Source of the DNA: Pseudolabrys sp.
GTDB lineage: Bacteria > Pseudomonadota > Alphaproteobacteria > Rhizobiales > Xanthobacteraceae
Direction: 5' to 3'
Assembly (NCBI GenBank): GCA_029980465.1
Contig: JARYIJ010000001.1
Span: 1,821,749 to 1,885,748 of the forward strand
DNA: 64,000 nt
Shown here: positions 47,666-57,225 of the stretch, piece after piece
How the letters are laid out: every line of letters starts with the position of its first letter
How positions within the stretch are numbered: position 1 is the first letter of the stretch
The notes under the pieces: generated by a model
What the model was told of the DNA's origin: nothing
Seen by the model: only the letters and a program-made list of their open reading frames with translations
Database searches by the model: none
Program-made: the position numbers and the translations under genes

Positions 47666-50608
47666 ATGCTCGACCTCAACGACGCGCAACCTGTATGGCC
47701 GTTCGAGCGGTTTGACCTCGATGCCATCGTCTCGCGTCTGCGCGATAGCGCCGAGCAATGGGTTCCGCAACTGTTCCCGAACGGCCGGCGGGTCGGCGAT
47801 GAATGGCGGCTCGCCAATATTCAGGGCGCCGCGCCGCGCAAGAACGGCTCTTGCGTGATCGCGCTTGCCGGCGAGCATGCGGGCGACTGGATCGACTTCG
47901 ATGGTGGTGATGGCGGTGGACCGCTCAGCACATTGGAGAATGCAACGGGACTCAGCGGACGCGAGCTGTTCGCCTACGCGGCCGATCTGACGAAAACGGG
48001 CGCGCAGCCGAAACGGTCCGCCGCCAAGCCGTCGACCAAGCAGGCCGATCAGGCCCGTGAGATCGAACATATCCTCTCCAAGGCAGTGCCAATCGCGGGC
48101 ACCTTGGGCGAACGATATCTCGCTTCGCGTGGCCTACCGGCGTCCTACTGCTCCGACCTTCTGTTCCATTCCGACCTGACGCATTGGGAAAGCCGGCGTG
48201 GCTTTCCGGGCCTGGCAGCCGTGGTACGGGACGTTGCCGGGAACCGCATCGCGCTCCACCGCACCTATCTCGCCGACGACGGCACCGCCAAGGCGCCGGT
48301 CGATAACCCGCGAAAAATGCTGGCCTCGATCGCAGGCGGCGCCGTGCGTCTCGCCGACCTGACCAAAGATGGCGTCATCGGGCTCGCCGAAGGTATCGAG
48401 ACGGCGCTCTCGGTGATGGTGGCATGTGCGCGCCTGCCGGTCTGGGCAACACTCTCGGCCTCGAACCTGGAACAGGTGGCTCTGCCCACCGAGATGCGGA
48501 AGGTCGTGCTCCTTGCCGACCACGATCCCTCCGGCGCTGGTGCGCGCGCGGCCGAGACTGCTGCCGCCCGTCTGCACGCCGAGGGCCGGCGGGTCTTCAT
48601 CGCCATGCCGCCAAAGGAGGGCGACGACTTCAATGACCTGCTGCTGCGCGACGGCGTCGATGCCGTGCGCAGAATCGTTGAGGCGGCGGTCGAATGGGGC
48701 GCCCACAGCAACGACGACCGCGTGATCCTCGCCATCGACAGCGGCACGCACAAGCCGATCGGCTTCGGGCAGTCGGATCGCCCCCGACCGCAGTTGCGCG
48801 CCGACAATGGCGATCTGGCGCGCGCAGTGTCGCAGGCGTGGCAGATTCTGCTCGCCGCCAACGATCCGCCCTGGATGTTCCGTGCCGCCGGATGTCCGAC
48901 CTGGGTGGTGCGCGACGACGACGGCCTGCCCATGGCGAAGCCCCTGACCGAGGATCGCCTGCGTCCGGTGCTCGCCCAGCTCGCCGATTGGCGAAAGCTC
49001 TCCCGCAACGGCGATCTTATCCCGGCGCATCCGCCCTTGGCGGTGATCAAGTCGATCCTCGCCACACCCGATCCGGCGCTTCCCGTGCTGGCAGGCATCG
49101 TCACGACGCCTGTGTTCGGCCGCGAGGGCGAGCTCATCACCGAGCCCGGCTACCATCCGGCTGCGCGCCTGCTCTACGACCCGCCCAAGGGCTTCGTCCT
49201 GCCGCCGGTGCCGGCGAAGCCTACGCAATCCGACATCGTCGTTGCACGGTCTCTGCTGCTCGACGACCTATTGGGAGATTTCCCGTTCATCGGCGAAGCC
49301 GAGCGCGCGCATGCGCTTGCGCTCCTTCTCGTCGGCTTCGTGCGCGCCATGATCGATGGGCCGACCCCGCTGCATCTGGTCGAGAAACCGACCCAAGGCA
49401 CCGGCGCGACCCTGATGGTGGACGTGATGTCGGTCGTCGCGATCGGCTGCCGCGCGAGCGTCATGGTCGAGGGCAGCGACGACGAGGAATGGCGCAAGCG
49501 CCTGACCGCCAAGCTACGCCAGATCCCGTCCGTCGTCCTGATCGACAATCTTCGCCGACCGCTCGACTCCTCGGCGCTCGCTGCCGCGCTCACCGCGCCG
49601 TTTTGGGAAGACCGCATCCTCGGTGTCTCGGAAACGACACGGCTGCCCATTCGCTGCATCTGGATCGCCACCGGCAACAATGCCGAGTTCTCCGGCGAGA
49701 TGGCGCGCCGGCTCGTGCGCATCCGTCTCGACGCCCGCGTCGACCAGCCCTGGCGCCGCAATGGCTTCCGCCATCCCGATCTCATTGGCTGGGTTCATGC
49801 CAACCGGGCGGATCTTGTGGCCGCCTGTCTATCGCTCTGCCGCGGCTGGATCGCGGCCGGAATGCCACGCGGGAGCAAACACATCGGCAGCTTCGAAGCC
49901 TGGTCCGCCCTCATGGGCGGCCTGCTCGAGGCGATCGGAGTGCGAGGCTTCCTCGGCAACATCGACGAGATGCTCGAAGCCTCCGACGGCGAGGGCGCGG
50001 TCTGGCGCGTGTTCGTCGGTCAATGGTGGGATCGCTTCGGCACGGCAGAGGTTGGCACCAGCGGACTCTATGAGCTCGCCGTCAATTGCGAGCCTCCGCT
50101 GCCGCTCGGCACCGGCGGCGACCGATCCCAGCGCACCCGGCTCGGCAAAGCGCTCGTGCGCATGCGCGACCGGGTCTTCGACATCGCCGGACTGAAAGCG
50201 CGCATCCGGGCGATCGGGGTTTCCCATCAGGCGCGCCGCTGGCAGCTCACGCTCGAAGGGGAACATGGGGAACGTGGGGAACGTTTTTCGGAGTCGTCCG
50301 ATTTCGGGAAAGGGGAACGTCAGGCTGCTTTAGAGCAACGTTCCCCTCAACATTCCCCGGCCTATCCCATTGATGGACAAGGCGTCGGGGAACGTGGGGA
50401 ACCTGGGGAACGTTTTTCCGACCTACGCGCACGCGCGCGCGTACACAATAATAAAGAAGAGCAAACACGTTCCCCACGTTCGTCACGTTCCCAAAACGGT
50501 GTTGGTTCAGACGCTTACGACGGGGAACATGGCGGGGAACGTCATAACGCACGTTCCCCACGTTCCCCGCTGAATGAATCGCCCGATTGGCTGAAGGGGG
50601 TGCCGTGA
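47666..50608 (+). CDS. Toprim primase / replication initiator, copy 2
   Basis: 980 aa, colinear with 14588-17539. Roughly 85-90% identical by eye. Confidence 0.8.
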   Translation: MLDLNDAQPVWPFERFDLDAIVSRLRDSAEQWVPQLFPNGRRVGDEWRLANIQGAAPRKNGSCVIALAGEHAGDWIDFDGGDGGGPLSTLENATGLSGRELFAYAADLTKTGAQPKRSAAKPSTKQADQAREIEHILSKAVPIAGTLGERYLASRGLPASYCSDLLFHSDLTHWESRRGFPGLAAVVRDVAGNRIALHRTYLADDGTAKAPVDNPRKMLASIAGGAVRLADLTKDGVIGLAEGIETALSVMVACARLPVWATLSASNLEQVALPTEMRKVVLLADHDPSGAGARAAETAAARLHAEGRRVFIAMPPKEGDDFNDLLLRDGVDAVRRIVEAAVEWGAHSNDDRVILAIDSGTHKPIGFGQSDRPRPQLRADNGDLARAVSQAWQILLAANDPPWMFRAAGCPTWVVRDDDGLPMAKPLTEDRLRPVLAQLADWRKLSRNGDLIPAHPPLAVIKSILATPDPALPVLAGIVTTPVFGREGELITEPGYHPAARLLYDPPKGFVLPPVPAKPTQSDIVVARSLLLDDLLGDFPFIGEAERAHALALLLVGFVRAMIDGPTPLHLVEKPTQGTGATLMVDVMSVVAIGCRASVMVEGSDDEEWRKRLTAKLRQIPSVVLIDNLRRPLDSSALAAALTAPFWEDRILGVSETTRLPIRCIWIATGNNAEFSGEMARRLVRIRLDARVDQPWRRNGFRHPDLIGWVHANRADLVAACLSLCRGWIAAGMPRGSKHIGSFEAWSALMGGLLEAIGVRGFLGNIDEMLEASDGEGAVWRVFVGQWWDRFGTAEVGTSGLYELAVNCEPPLPLGTGGDRSQRTRLGKALVRMRDRVFDIAGLKARIRAIGVSHQARRWQLTLEGEHGERGERFSESSDFGKGERQAALEQRSPQHSPAYPIDGQGVGERGEPGERFSDLRARARVHNNKEEQTRSPRSSRSQNGVGSDAYDGEHGGERHNARSPRSPLNESPDWLKGVP
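50258..50569. repeat. Iteron array, copy 2 (GGGGAAC[G/A/C]T units around an AT-rich core at ~50445-50462)
   Basis: Same unit, same block order and same orientation pattern as 17180-17499. Confidence 0.7.
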
Positions 50609-50651
50609 TGCCGCGCGCCCTTGATGCCAATTTGCTCCGCGGAGGCGCGCC

Positions 50652-50969
50652 ATGAGCCGGCAGCGCCTTCCCGAACGCAGGCCAAGCGTCACGACCACGT
50701 TCGTGCACGACTGCCGGTCCTATGCGGTGACGTTCGGCTTCGACCCGAGCACCGGCCGCATCGGCGAAGTGTTCACGCACGGCGCCAAGGTAGGCTCCGC
50801 CATGGACGGCATCCTCGACGATGCCTGTATCGCGCTGTCGCTTCTGCTGCAACATGGCGTCGAGCCCACGGCGCTTGCGACGAGTATGGGGCGGCTCGGC
50901 GACGGCAAGACGCCCGCGTCTGTCATTGGTGCACTCGCCGATCTCATCGCTCTCGAGGTGCAGCCGTGA
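50652..50969 (+). CDS. Conserved small phage-type hypothetical protein (copy 2)
   Basis: 105 aa homolog of 17583-17900. Confidence 0.6.
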   Translation: MSRQRLPERRPSVTTTFVHDCRSYAVTFGFDPSTGRIGEVFTHGAKVGSAMDGILDDACIALSLLLQHGVEPTALATSMGRLGDGKTPASVIGALADLIALEVQP

Positions 50970-51166
50970 GGTGGATGCCCAAGGGATACGGCGGCCACCG
51001 GCGTCCGCCCGAAGAGGTCAAGCGCGAGGGCTGGCACGAGCACGGCATCCTGGTGGTCAGCGCGGACGATCAGCGTCTCACCTGGCCTGAGCGTGAACTG
51101 ATCCGGCAACTCGGGGGAAGACTGTACGGGAAGCGATCATCGAACAAGGAGGCGTGCCATGGCTGA
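50966..51166 (+). CDS. Small hypothetical protein (copy 2)
   Basis: 66 aa with a GTG start overlapping the upstream stop (GTGA). Homolog of 17897-18097. Confidence 0.5.
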   Translation: MRWMPKGYGGHRRPPEEVKREGWHEHGILVVSADDQRLTWPERELIRQLGGRLYGKRSSNKEACHG

Positions 51167-51587
51167 TTGGACGCCGGCTTGTGTCGAAGCGCGGCTGCAC
51201 GAGGCGGCCGACGTGATGAAGCGTCTGCCCGAGGTCCGCGTGCAGGGCTACTACTCGCTGTGGCCGAAGATGCTCGCCGAGTTCAGCGATTTGGTTGGCC
51301 AGGAACCTCAGCGCCTCAAGCGTCCTCCTCCGTCTCCCGATGCCATCACGCGGATGGAGGAGACACTGGGCTGGTTGCGGTGGCTTGAAGCCGAGGATGC
51401 GAAGCTCGCCTGGGCGCGCGCCGAGCGCACCCCATGGAAAATGATCTGCTGGCGGTTCGGTATCGCTCGCGCCACCGCGCATCGGCGCTGGCAATATGTG
51501 CTGAGCGTGATCACGTGGCGGCTCAACGGGCGGAGGGTGCCGGGGAAGCGGTCACGGCGATTCGTGGTCGAAAGAGCCAAGGCTTGA
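51159..51587 (+). CDS. Hypothetical phage-type protein (copy 2), divergent C-terminal tail
   Basis: 142 aa homolog of 18090-18530. The last ~10 aa differ at the mer junction. Confidence 0.6.
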   Translation: MADWTPACVEARLHEAADVMKRLPEVRVQGYYSLWPKMLAEFSDLVGQEPQRLKRPPPSPDAITRMEETLGWLRWLEAEDAKLAWARAERTPWKMICWRFGIARATAHRRWQYVLSVITWRLNGRRVPGKRSRRFVVERAKA

Positions 51588-51591
51588 GATT

Positions 51592-52032
51592 CTATGCTTC
51601 AGCCGGCGGACGACGAACGTCGAGAACGTCAAGCACTGGGCATTCTGGTGCGGTAGTTCCAGTGCAACGCGCAACTGTCTTCGCCAGCAACCGCTCCAGC
51701 TTGCGAAGGTCAGCTATCTTGGCGCGAATCTCGTCGAGATGATGCGAAGCGATTTCGCGAACTTCCCGACATGAGGCTTTTGCGGGGCCGCCGAGCCGAA
51801 TCAGCGCGCGGACCTGATCGAGAGAAAATCCCAACTCCCGCGACCGGCGGATAAAGGCCAGGATACGAAGGTGAGTGGCGTCATAGACGCGACGCCCACC
51901 GGCTGTGCGCGGCGGCGCCGGGAACATCTTGATCCGCTCGTAGTAGCGGATTGTCTCGATGTTCACGCCGGTAAGTTCCGACAAATTACCGATTGTTAAC
52001 GCTTCCGCTCGCGCATCTGTGATCGAGCCCAT
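51592..52032 (-). CDS. merR: Mercury-responsive regulator MerR
   Basis: 146 aa. HTH is IGNLSELTGVNIETIRYYE. Three Cys residues are spaced as in MerR (ASC, ARC, PEC). Confidence 0.9.
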   Translation of the reverse strand: MGSITDARAEALTIGNLSELTGVNIETIRYYERIKMFPAPPRTAGGRRVYDATHLRILAFIRRSRELGFSLDQVRALIRLGGPAKASCREVREIASHHLDEIRAKIADLRKLERLLAKTVARCTGTTAPECPVLDVLDVRRPPAEA

Positions 52033-52043
52033 GGTGACCGGCC

Positions 52044-52074
52044 TTGCTCCTGTAGTGACTACAGGAAGTATACC
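52044..52074 (+). promoter_or_regulatory. mer operator/promoter: -35 TTGCTC, 19-bp spacer containing a perfect 9-bp dyad, -10 TATACC
   Basis: TCCTGTAGT-G-ACTACAGGA at 52048-52066 lies between -35 (52044-49) and -10 (52069-74). The 19-bp spacer is the MerR hallmark. Confidence 0.8.
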
Positions 52075-52100
52075 GCCCGCGATCCAGAGAGGACAACGAA

Positions 52101-52514
52101 ATGAGCGAAACGCGCAGCGCCATGGGTTCTATTGCATTGAGCGATCGCCCTGCCAACGCCTCGCCCGGCAAGGGTCAAAAGCTGGCGGCGGCGGGCGGGA
52201 TCATCGGTGCGCTCGCCGCATCGTCGTGCTGCATTTTGCCGGTCGTTCTCTTTAGCCTTGGTGTCAGTGGCGCATGGATTGGAAACTTCACGCAGCTTGC
52301 GCCCTATCAGCCGTATTTCATTGCGGCCACGCTCGCTTTCATCGGCACCGGCTATTGGTTGGTCTATCGCTCGTCAAAGGTCGCCTGTGCAGAGGGTGAG
52401 GCTTGCGCACGGCCATTGCCTAACAGATTCGTTAAGATCGCGCTCATTGCGGCGACCGTCATTGTTCTTGCCGCCTGGGCCTTCGACTATGTCGCCCCCT
52501 ACGTGCTGTCCTAA
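52101..52514 (+). CDS. merT: Mercuric ion transport protein MerT
   Basis: 137 aa. Vicinal Cys pair in the first TM (ASSCCILP) and a second Cys pair (CAEGEAC). Confidence 0.88.
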   Translation: MSETRSAMGSIALSDRPANASPGKGQKLAAAGGIIGALAASSCCILPVVLFSLGVSGAWIGNFTQLAPYQPYFIAATLAFIGTGYWLVYRSSKVACAEGEACARPLPNRFVKIALIAATVIVLAAWAFDYVAPYVLS

Positions 52515-52531
52515 CCAATGGAGCAAATCAA

Positions 52532-52816
52532 ATGATGAAGTACGTCATCCCTGTTACGCTCTCGCTCGGCATCATCGGTCCTTCGTCTGCTCGTGCAGCG
52601 GAAAAAACGGTGACGCTCGCGGTGCAGAACATGTACTGCGCCGCGTGCCCGCACACCGTTAAATCGAGCCTGCAATCCGTGCCGGGTGTCAAAGCGGTTT
52701 CGGTGTCATTCAAAAACAAGACTGCCATCGTGACCTTCGACGACGCAAAGACCAACGTGAAGGCGCTGACGACAGCGACGACGAACGCCGGCTATCCGTC
52801 CTCTCCGAAAGGCTGA
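52532..52816 (+). CDS. merP: Periplasmic mercury-binding protein MerP
   Basis: 94 aa with a signal peptide and heavy-metal-associated (HMA) motif NMYCAACP. Confidence 0.9.
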   Translation: MMKYVIPVTLSLGIIGPSSARAAEKTVTLAVQNMYCAACPHTVKSSLQSVPGVKAVSVSFKNKTAIVTFDDAKTNVKALTTATTNAGYPSSPKG

Positions 52817-52823
52817 GCCTCCG

Positions 52824-53075
52824 GTGAAAGCAGCCGGTACCACAATTGGAGCAGTGCTCGTTGGCGCCCTTGCGGTGGTTTGCTGCGCCACGCCAGCGAT
52901 TATTGCGGGCATCAGCGTGACGGCGCTCGCAGCTTGGCTCTCCTATTCGGGATACGTGCTGATCGCAGCCGTGCTGATTGCCGGTGCGGTCGGCTGCGTC
53001 CTGTGGCTCCGGCGTCGCGGCATCAATGCTCAAGCGTGCTGCGGGCCAGCAAAGAAGGCGTCAAATCATGAGTGA
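52824..53075 (+). CDS. merF: Two-TM mercury transporter MerF-like
   Basis: 83 aa with a GTG start and two vicinal Cys pairs (VVCCATP and QACCGP). Confidence 0.7.
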   Translation: MKAAGTTIGAVLVGALAVVCCATPAIIAGISVTALAAWLSYSGYVLIAAVLIAGAVGCVLWLRRRGINAQACCGPAKKASNHE

Positions 53076-53669
53076 CTGTTGCGCGTCTGGAAATCGCGGC
53101 AAGCAATTTGATCTCGCCGTCATCGGTGCGGGGTCGGCAGGCTTTTCGGCGGCGATCACTGCGGCAGAACAAGGTGCGCAGGTGGCTCTGATTGGTCATG
53201 GCACTCTTGGCGGCACATGCGTCAACATCGGTTGCGTGCCGTCAAAAACACTAATCCGGGCCGCTGAGACACAGCATCAGGCCAGCGCCGCCGCGCGCTT
53301 CGCAGGCATCAGGGCCAAAGGGCAGGTGGGCGATTGGACAGCGACCGTCCAGCAGAAAGACGAGCTCGTTTCGAGCCTGCGCCAATCGAAATACGCCGAT
53401 CTTTTACCGGCTTATAACAACATCTCTTACGTCGAAGGGCAGGCCCGCCTTGCCGAAGGTGGCGTGGCCATCAATGGCGATCTGATCAAGGCGCCGCGCC
53501 TTATCATCGTCACGGGCGCACGGCCTGCAGTGCCCTCGATCCCCGGTCTTGATGCTGTCGAGTATCTGACAAGCACCACCGCGCTATCCCTTGAATGCCT
53601 CCCGAAGTCATTGCTTGTGATCGGCGGGGGTTACATCGGCGCTGAACTAGCGCAGATGTTTGCGCGCAT
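53068..53669 (+). pseudogene. merA: Mercuric reductase MerA, 3'-truncated (about 200 of ~470 codons; no NmerA domain)
   Basis: MSDCC..., FAD motif GAGSAGF, redox-active GGTCVNIGCVPSK. Breaks after GGGYIGAELAQMFAR, where portal-derived sequence starts. Confidence 0.85.
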
Positions 53670-54146
53670 GAGCGGCAGCATCTCCGACGGCAGCATCTGA
53701 AGCTGGAGCGGGACCGTGAGCCCGTCCTGCGGCCGGCGCGGCCGGAAACGGAAGAACACTTCGCCTGCGATGAACACTTCGCGTGCCGCGCGGCGTTGCA
53801 GGCCATAGAAGTCCGTGAAACCTTCGGCGTCGGCCTCGTCGGTCCAGTCGAGCCAAAGCTTCTGGACCTGCGCTTTGACGCCGGTATCTTTGATCAGGGA
53901 TGACGGCTTGATGCCGGCACCCACAACGTTACCGGCCCAGCTCTCGATCGCGTTCGCCGCGTAGCCGTTGTTGCGAATTAGCCAGCGGGCGCGCGCCGTG
54001 ATGTCGGGACCGGCCGCCGCAATGAGCGTGTTGAGATGCGCGCGGCTCGGCTGGAAGCCCTTGAGCCTGCGGTTCGCGAGTCCTGCTTCGAAGCCGCCGA
54101 TGAAGGCTCCAACCCGCCGCCGGAACGCTGTCAGGGAGGCGAGCAC
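53670..54146 (-). pseudogene. N-terminal fragment of a lambda-type phage portal protein
   Basis: GFEAGLANRRLKGFQPSRAHLNTLI...RWLIRNNGYAANAIESW...FRFRPRR. Truncated at the merA junction. Confidence 0.75.
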
Positions 54147-54359
54147 TCAGAGGCCTTTCGAGGCAGACGTGAGAATGCGGCGCTTGCGGCCACCCTCCTG
54201 GGCCGCCGCGATCCGCCGCTCGAGGTCCGTGATTGCGGCTGCCATCTCGGCATCGCTGCCGTAGGTGACGCGGCGGCCGTCGATCTCCACGGTGCGCACG
54301 CCGCGGAAGCGCGCGGCGAGCAGCGCGTCCCGTTGCGCGGTCATCTCTTCGAGCGTCAT
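54147..54359 (-). CDS. Phage head-tail joining protein (gpW-like)
   Basis: 70 aa located between the terminase and portal fragments, as in lambda A-W-B order. Confidence 0.65.
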   Translation of the reverse strand: MTLEEMTAQRDALLAARFRGVRTVEIDGRRVTYGSDAEMAAAITDLERRIAAAQEGGRKRRILTSASKGL

Positions 54360-54363
54360 GAGT

Positions 54364-54588
54364 TCAGCCCAGATAGCTCGACCGGAACACGCGCCGCGCT
54401 CGGCGCTCAGGCCGTCGGCGGATCACGCCGGCGACGGGATCGCTTTCCGCGGCGGGATCGGTGGTTTGACTGCGCTCATCTTCGTCAGGCGGGCCGATCT
54501 GACTCTCCAGGTCACGCCACATCGCGTCGGTCCAGCGATCGGCGCCGGCGATCCACGCGGCTGCTCTCGCGTAGACCAGCGTCCGCGG
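54364..54588 (-). pseudogene. C-terminal fragment of a terminase large subunit (lambda GpA-type position)
   Basis: My own translation reads ...VYARAAAWIAGADRWTDAMWRDLESQIGPPDEDE..., ending 4 nt before the gpW start. An in-frame TAG lies at the upstream breakpoint. Assignment is by position and weak similarity. Confidence 0.45.
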
Positions 54589-54804
54589 CTACGTCCGCGA
54601 GCTGCAATCCCAGATTCAGGTGCTCTCGGAGCGCGCCGCGAACCTCGCCGCCAATCTGGCAGCGGCGAACGAGCAAAACGAGCTGCATCTCGCGCGTATC
54701 GATGCGCTCCAGGATGAGCTCGCGAAGGCCAAGGAGCCGCGCGACGTGAGCCCGGAGCCGCCGCCGGGCTGATCCGATCCTCCCGTTTCCGATCCTCAAC
54801 CTAG

Positions 54805-54825
54805 GCCGCCTCCGGGCGGCTTTTT
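54805..54825 (+). terminator. Rho-independent terminator (counterpart of 24360-24381)
   Basis: GCCGCC-TCCG-GGCGGC followed by TTTTT. Confidence 0.7.
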
Positions 54826-54841
54826 CATTTGGAGAACCGAC

Positions 54842-55657
54842 ATGGCGGCTTCGACCTACGACGAGGCGCTGCGGCGCCTGCTCGCCCACGAGGGCGGTTA
54901 TACCAACCATCCGTCCGACCCCGGCGGCCCGACGAATTTTGGCATCACGATCTACGACTACCGCAAATACGTGAAGCCGAACGCCACAGCCGCCGACGTG
55001 CGCTCCATGACGGTCGGCGAGGCCAAGGCGATCTATCGCAAGCGCTACTGGGATGCGGAGCGCTGCGATGAGCTGCCCGCCGGGGTCGATTACTCGGTGT
55101 TCGATTATGGCGTGAACAGCGGGATCGGGCGCAGCGGCAAGGTGCTGCGCCGCATCGTCGGGCTGCCCGACAGCACCCACGTGGTCACCGACGAGGTGCT
55201 GCGCGCTATCGCCAGGCGCGACCCGAAGGCGCTTGTCGTCGCGATCAATGACGAGCGCCTGGCCTTCCTCAAGCGCCTGAAGACCTGGCCGGTGTTCGGC
55301 AAAGGCTGGGGCGCGCGCGTCGCCGCCGTCAAATCCGTCAGCCTGCGCATGGTGTCACAACAGACGTCGGCACCCCCGATCGCGCCGGGCGCCGCACCTG
55401 TCCCCGGCAAGGGCGTCGTGCCGGCGCCGGCAGCCGCAAAGAAAGTGATCGTTGGGACCGGCACCGCCGCTCCGGTCGCTGCCGGCGGCGGCTTCTGGGA
55501 CTGGATCGCGGCCCACCCCTTCGAGACCGCAGCGCTTGGCTGCGGCGTCGTCCTGATCGTCGGCAGCTCGGTCTACGCGCTCAACCGCTGGCACCAGCGT
55601 CGGCAGGAAGCCGCCATCCCCGAAACGCCTTTCGTCCCCGCGCTCGCCACCGCCTGA
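54842..55657 (+). CDS. Phage lysozyme GH108 + PG_binding_3 (copy 2)
   Basis: 271 aa, colinear with 24401-25216. Confidence 0.88.
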   Translation: MAASTYDEALRRLLAHEGGYTNHPSDPGGPTNFGITIYDYRKYVKPNATAADVRSMTVGEAKAIYRKRYWDAERCDELPAGVDYSVFDYGVNSGIGRSGKVLRRIVGLPDSTHVVTDEVLRAIARRDPKALVVAINDERLAFLKRLKTWPVFGKGWGARVAAVKSVSLRMVSQQTSAPPIAPGAAPVPGKGVVPAPAAAKKVIVGTGTAAPVAAGGGFWDWIAAHPFETAALGCGVVLIVGSSVYALNRWHQRRQEAAIPETPFVPALATA

Positions 55658-55673
55658 ATATTGGAGGACACCC

Positions 55674-56063
55674 ATGCTGCTCTACATCTCGATCGCCGCA
55701 ACGCTCGTTGCGGTCTATTGGTTCTGGATTCGTCCGATCCTGAAATCGCGCCCCGCCTTCCGCGAGCTCTACCAGGAAGAGGAGAATTTCTTCGCCGCCC
55801 TGCGCGCAAAATTTGCCGGCATCAAGCAGAAGCTGTCGTCCGCGGTCGTGATCGCCGCGAGCGCCATCGTGAGCGGCTACGACTTCTTCGCGCCGATCGT
55901 CGGCGGCGTCGATGTGAGCTCGATCGCGGCGCAGGTGCCGTCTTGGGCTTGGCCGCTGATCCTGATCGTCGTGACTGCCGTCATGAAATACTTCCGCGAT
56001 CTTTCCGACAAGCGGCGTGAAATCGAACTAGGTGATGGGTCGTCCGCGCCACAGGAGAAGTGA
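55674..56063 (+). CDS. Membrane protein, holin candidate (copy 2)
   Basis: 129 aa homolog of 25233-25622. Confidence 0.5.
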   Translation: MLLYISIAATLVAVYWFWIRPILKSRPAFRELYQEEENFFAALRAKFAGIKQKLSSAVVIAASAIVSGYDFFAPIVGGVDVSSIAAQVPSWAWPLILIVVTAVMKYFRDLSDKRREIELGDGSSAPQEK

Positions 56064-56067
56064 CGCC

Positions 56068-56457
56068 ATGTGGACTTGGCTTGGGAGCCTCATCGGCGGC
56101 CCCGTCGTTACTGGCCTCATCAATGCCTACAGGGCGAAGCTCGACGCCGCGAACACGCAGGACCGGATCGCGGCCGACCTCGCCGCCAAAGAGATCGAGG
56201 CGGAGATCGAGGCGCGCAGGCAGGCCTCCGCCATCATCATCGCTGAGCAGGGCCGCTGGTACACGGCGATCATTCGGCCGCTGCTTGCGCTGCCGATCAT
56301 CATCTATTTCTGGAAAGTGATCGTCTGGGACAAGGTGCTCGGGCTCGGCAGCACCGATCCACTCACCGGCATGATCGCCGATTGGAGCGGCTTGATCATC
56401 ACTGCATACGTCGGCGGACGCTCGATCGAGAAAGTCGCGCGGATTTTCAGGCGATAG
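56068..56457 (+). CDS. 3-TM holin-like membrane protein (copy 2)
   Basis: 129 aa from MWTWLGSLIGG. Homolog of 25626-26015. Confidence 0.5.
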   Translation: MWTWLGSLIGGPVVTGLINAYRAKLDAANTQDRIAADLAAKEIEAEIEARRQASAIIIAEQGRWYTAIIRPLLALPIIIYFWKVIVWDKVLGLGSTDPLTGMIADWSGLIITAYVGGRSIEKVARIFRR

Positions 56458-56472
56458 TCCGAAGGTGCTCAG

Positions 56473-56754
56473 ATGAGTGCAAGCCAAGACGAATTCAAAA
56501 GGCCGAAGCCGCTGCTCGATCGGACAATCACCTACGGTCATATTCTGACGGCGATCAGTTTTGTGATCGCAGGGACGGCAGCATTCTTCGGAATGAAAGC
56601 GGAACTGCAGAATGTCGATCAGCGCGTCGCCAAGATCGAAGCGACGCTCCAGCAGCTTGCGAACGTCGTGGTGCAGACCGCCCGACAGGACGAGCGGCTT
56701 AATGCTATCGAGCGGCGTGTCGATCGCCTCGAACAATCGTCAACCCACCGCTGA
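56473..56754 (+). CDS. TM + coiled-coil protein (spanin-like candidate), unrelated to 26046-26396
   Basis: 93 aa with one central TM followed by a heptad-like C-terminus. Confidence 0.45.
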   Translation: MSASQDEFKRPKPLLDRTITYGHILTAISFVIAGTAAFFGMKAELQNVDQRVAKIEATLQQLANVVVQTARQDERLNAIERRVDRLEQSSTHR

Positions 56755-57225
56755 CGAGATTGGCACGAAGGGCGCCGCTGTGTCTTTCAAAAACATTGCC
56801 GCAATCTGTTCGCCCTGGCGGATGATGGCCGCATCAGCTGCGGGGACAAATTCGGCAACGGAACGTTGCCAATCGTCCATCGGGATTTTCGGCTCAAATA
56901 TCGGAGCATCCAGACGAATGACCGAAGGCGGACCAAGGAGAAGACGAACTTGATTTGTCGCGGCGAGTGATTGCAGCCGCATGGCGGCTTCGATGATCCT
57001 CTTCCAGTGCCAAAGACCGCCCTTCGTGATCTCGGCTCGCGACACGATGTACTTGTCGTCGCCGCAACCGAGGCTCGGCGCCTTGAGCAGGGCCTGGTCG
57101 ATCTCGCTCTGGCCGTCGATTCCGCCCGGGCGGACGATCATGGTCACCTTGGCGAAGGTGCCGTCGGGAATGAGTTCGCCGGTCTTCTGCGGCTCGGCAT
57201 CGTTCATGTCGAACATGGTGGTCAT
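56740..57225 (-). pseudogene. DUF669-like gene remnant (first 49 codons, 57079-57225) fused to unrelated lower-GC sequence
   Basis: MTTMFDMNDAEPQKTGELIPDGTFAKVTM...QALLKAP matches 11194-11340, then diverges. Confidence 0.7.

Noticed and set aside
54585-54772. Plus-strand coiled-coil reading frame ending at 54772, as a feature.
   Set aside because: No start codon after the in-frame TAG at 54572-54574. It looks like a 3' gene fragment and is mentioned only in the breakpoint finding.
56740-57078. The distal 113 codons of ORF 56740-57225 (DKYIVSRAEITKGGLWHWKRIIEAAMRL...) as a distinct gene.
   Set aside because: No independent start and no recognisable motif. The DNA is lower-GC and lies between two junctions, so it may be a fragment of an unknown gene. 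Recorded only as part of the pseudogene.
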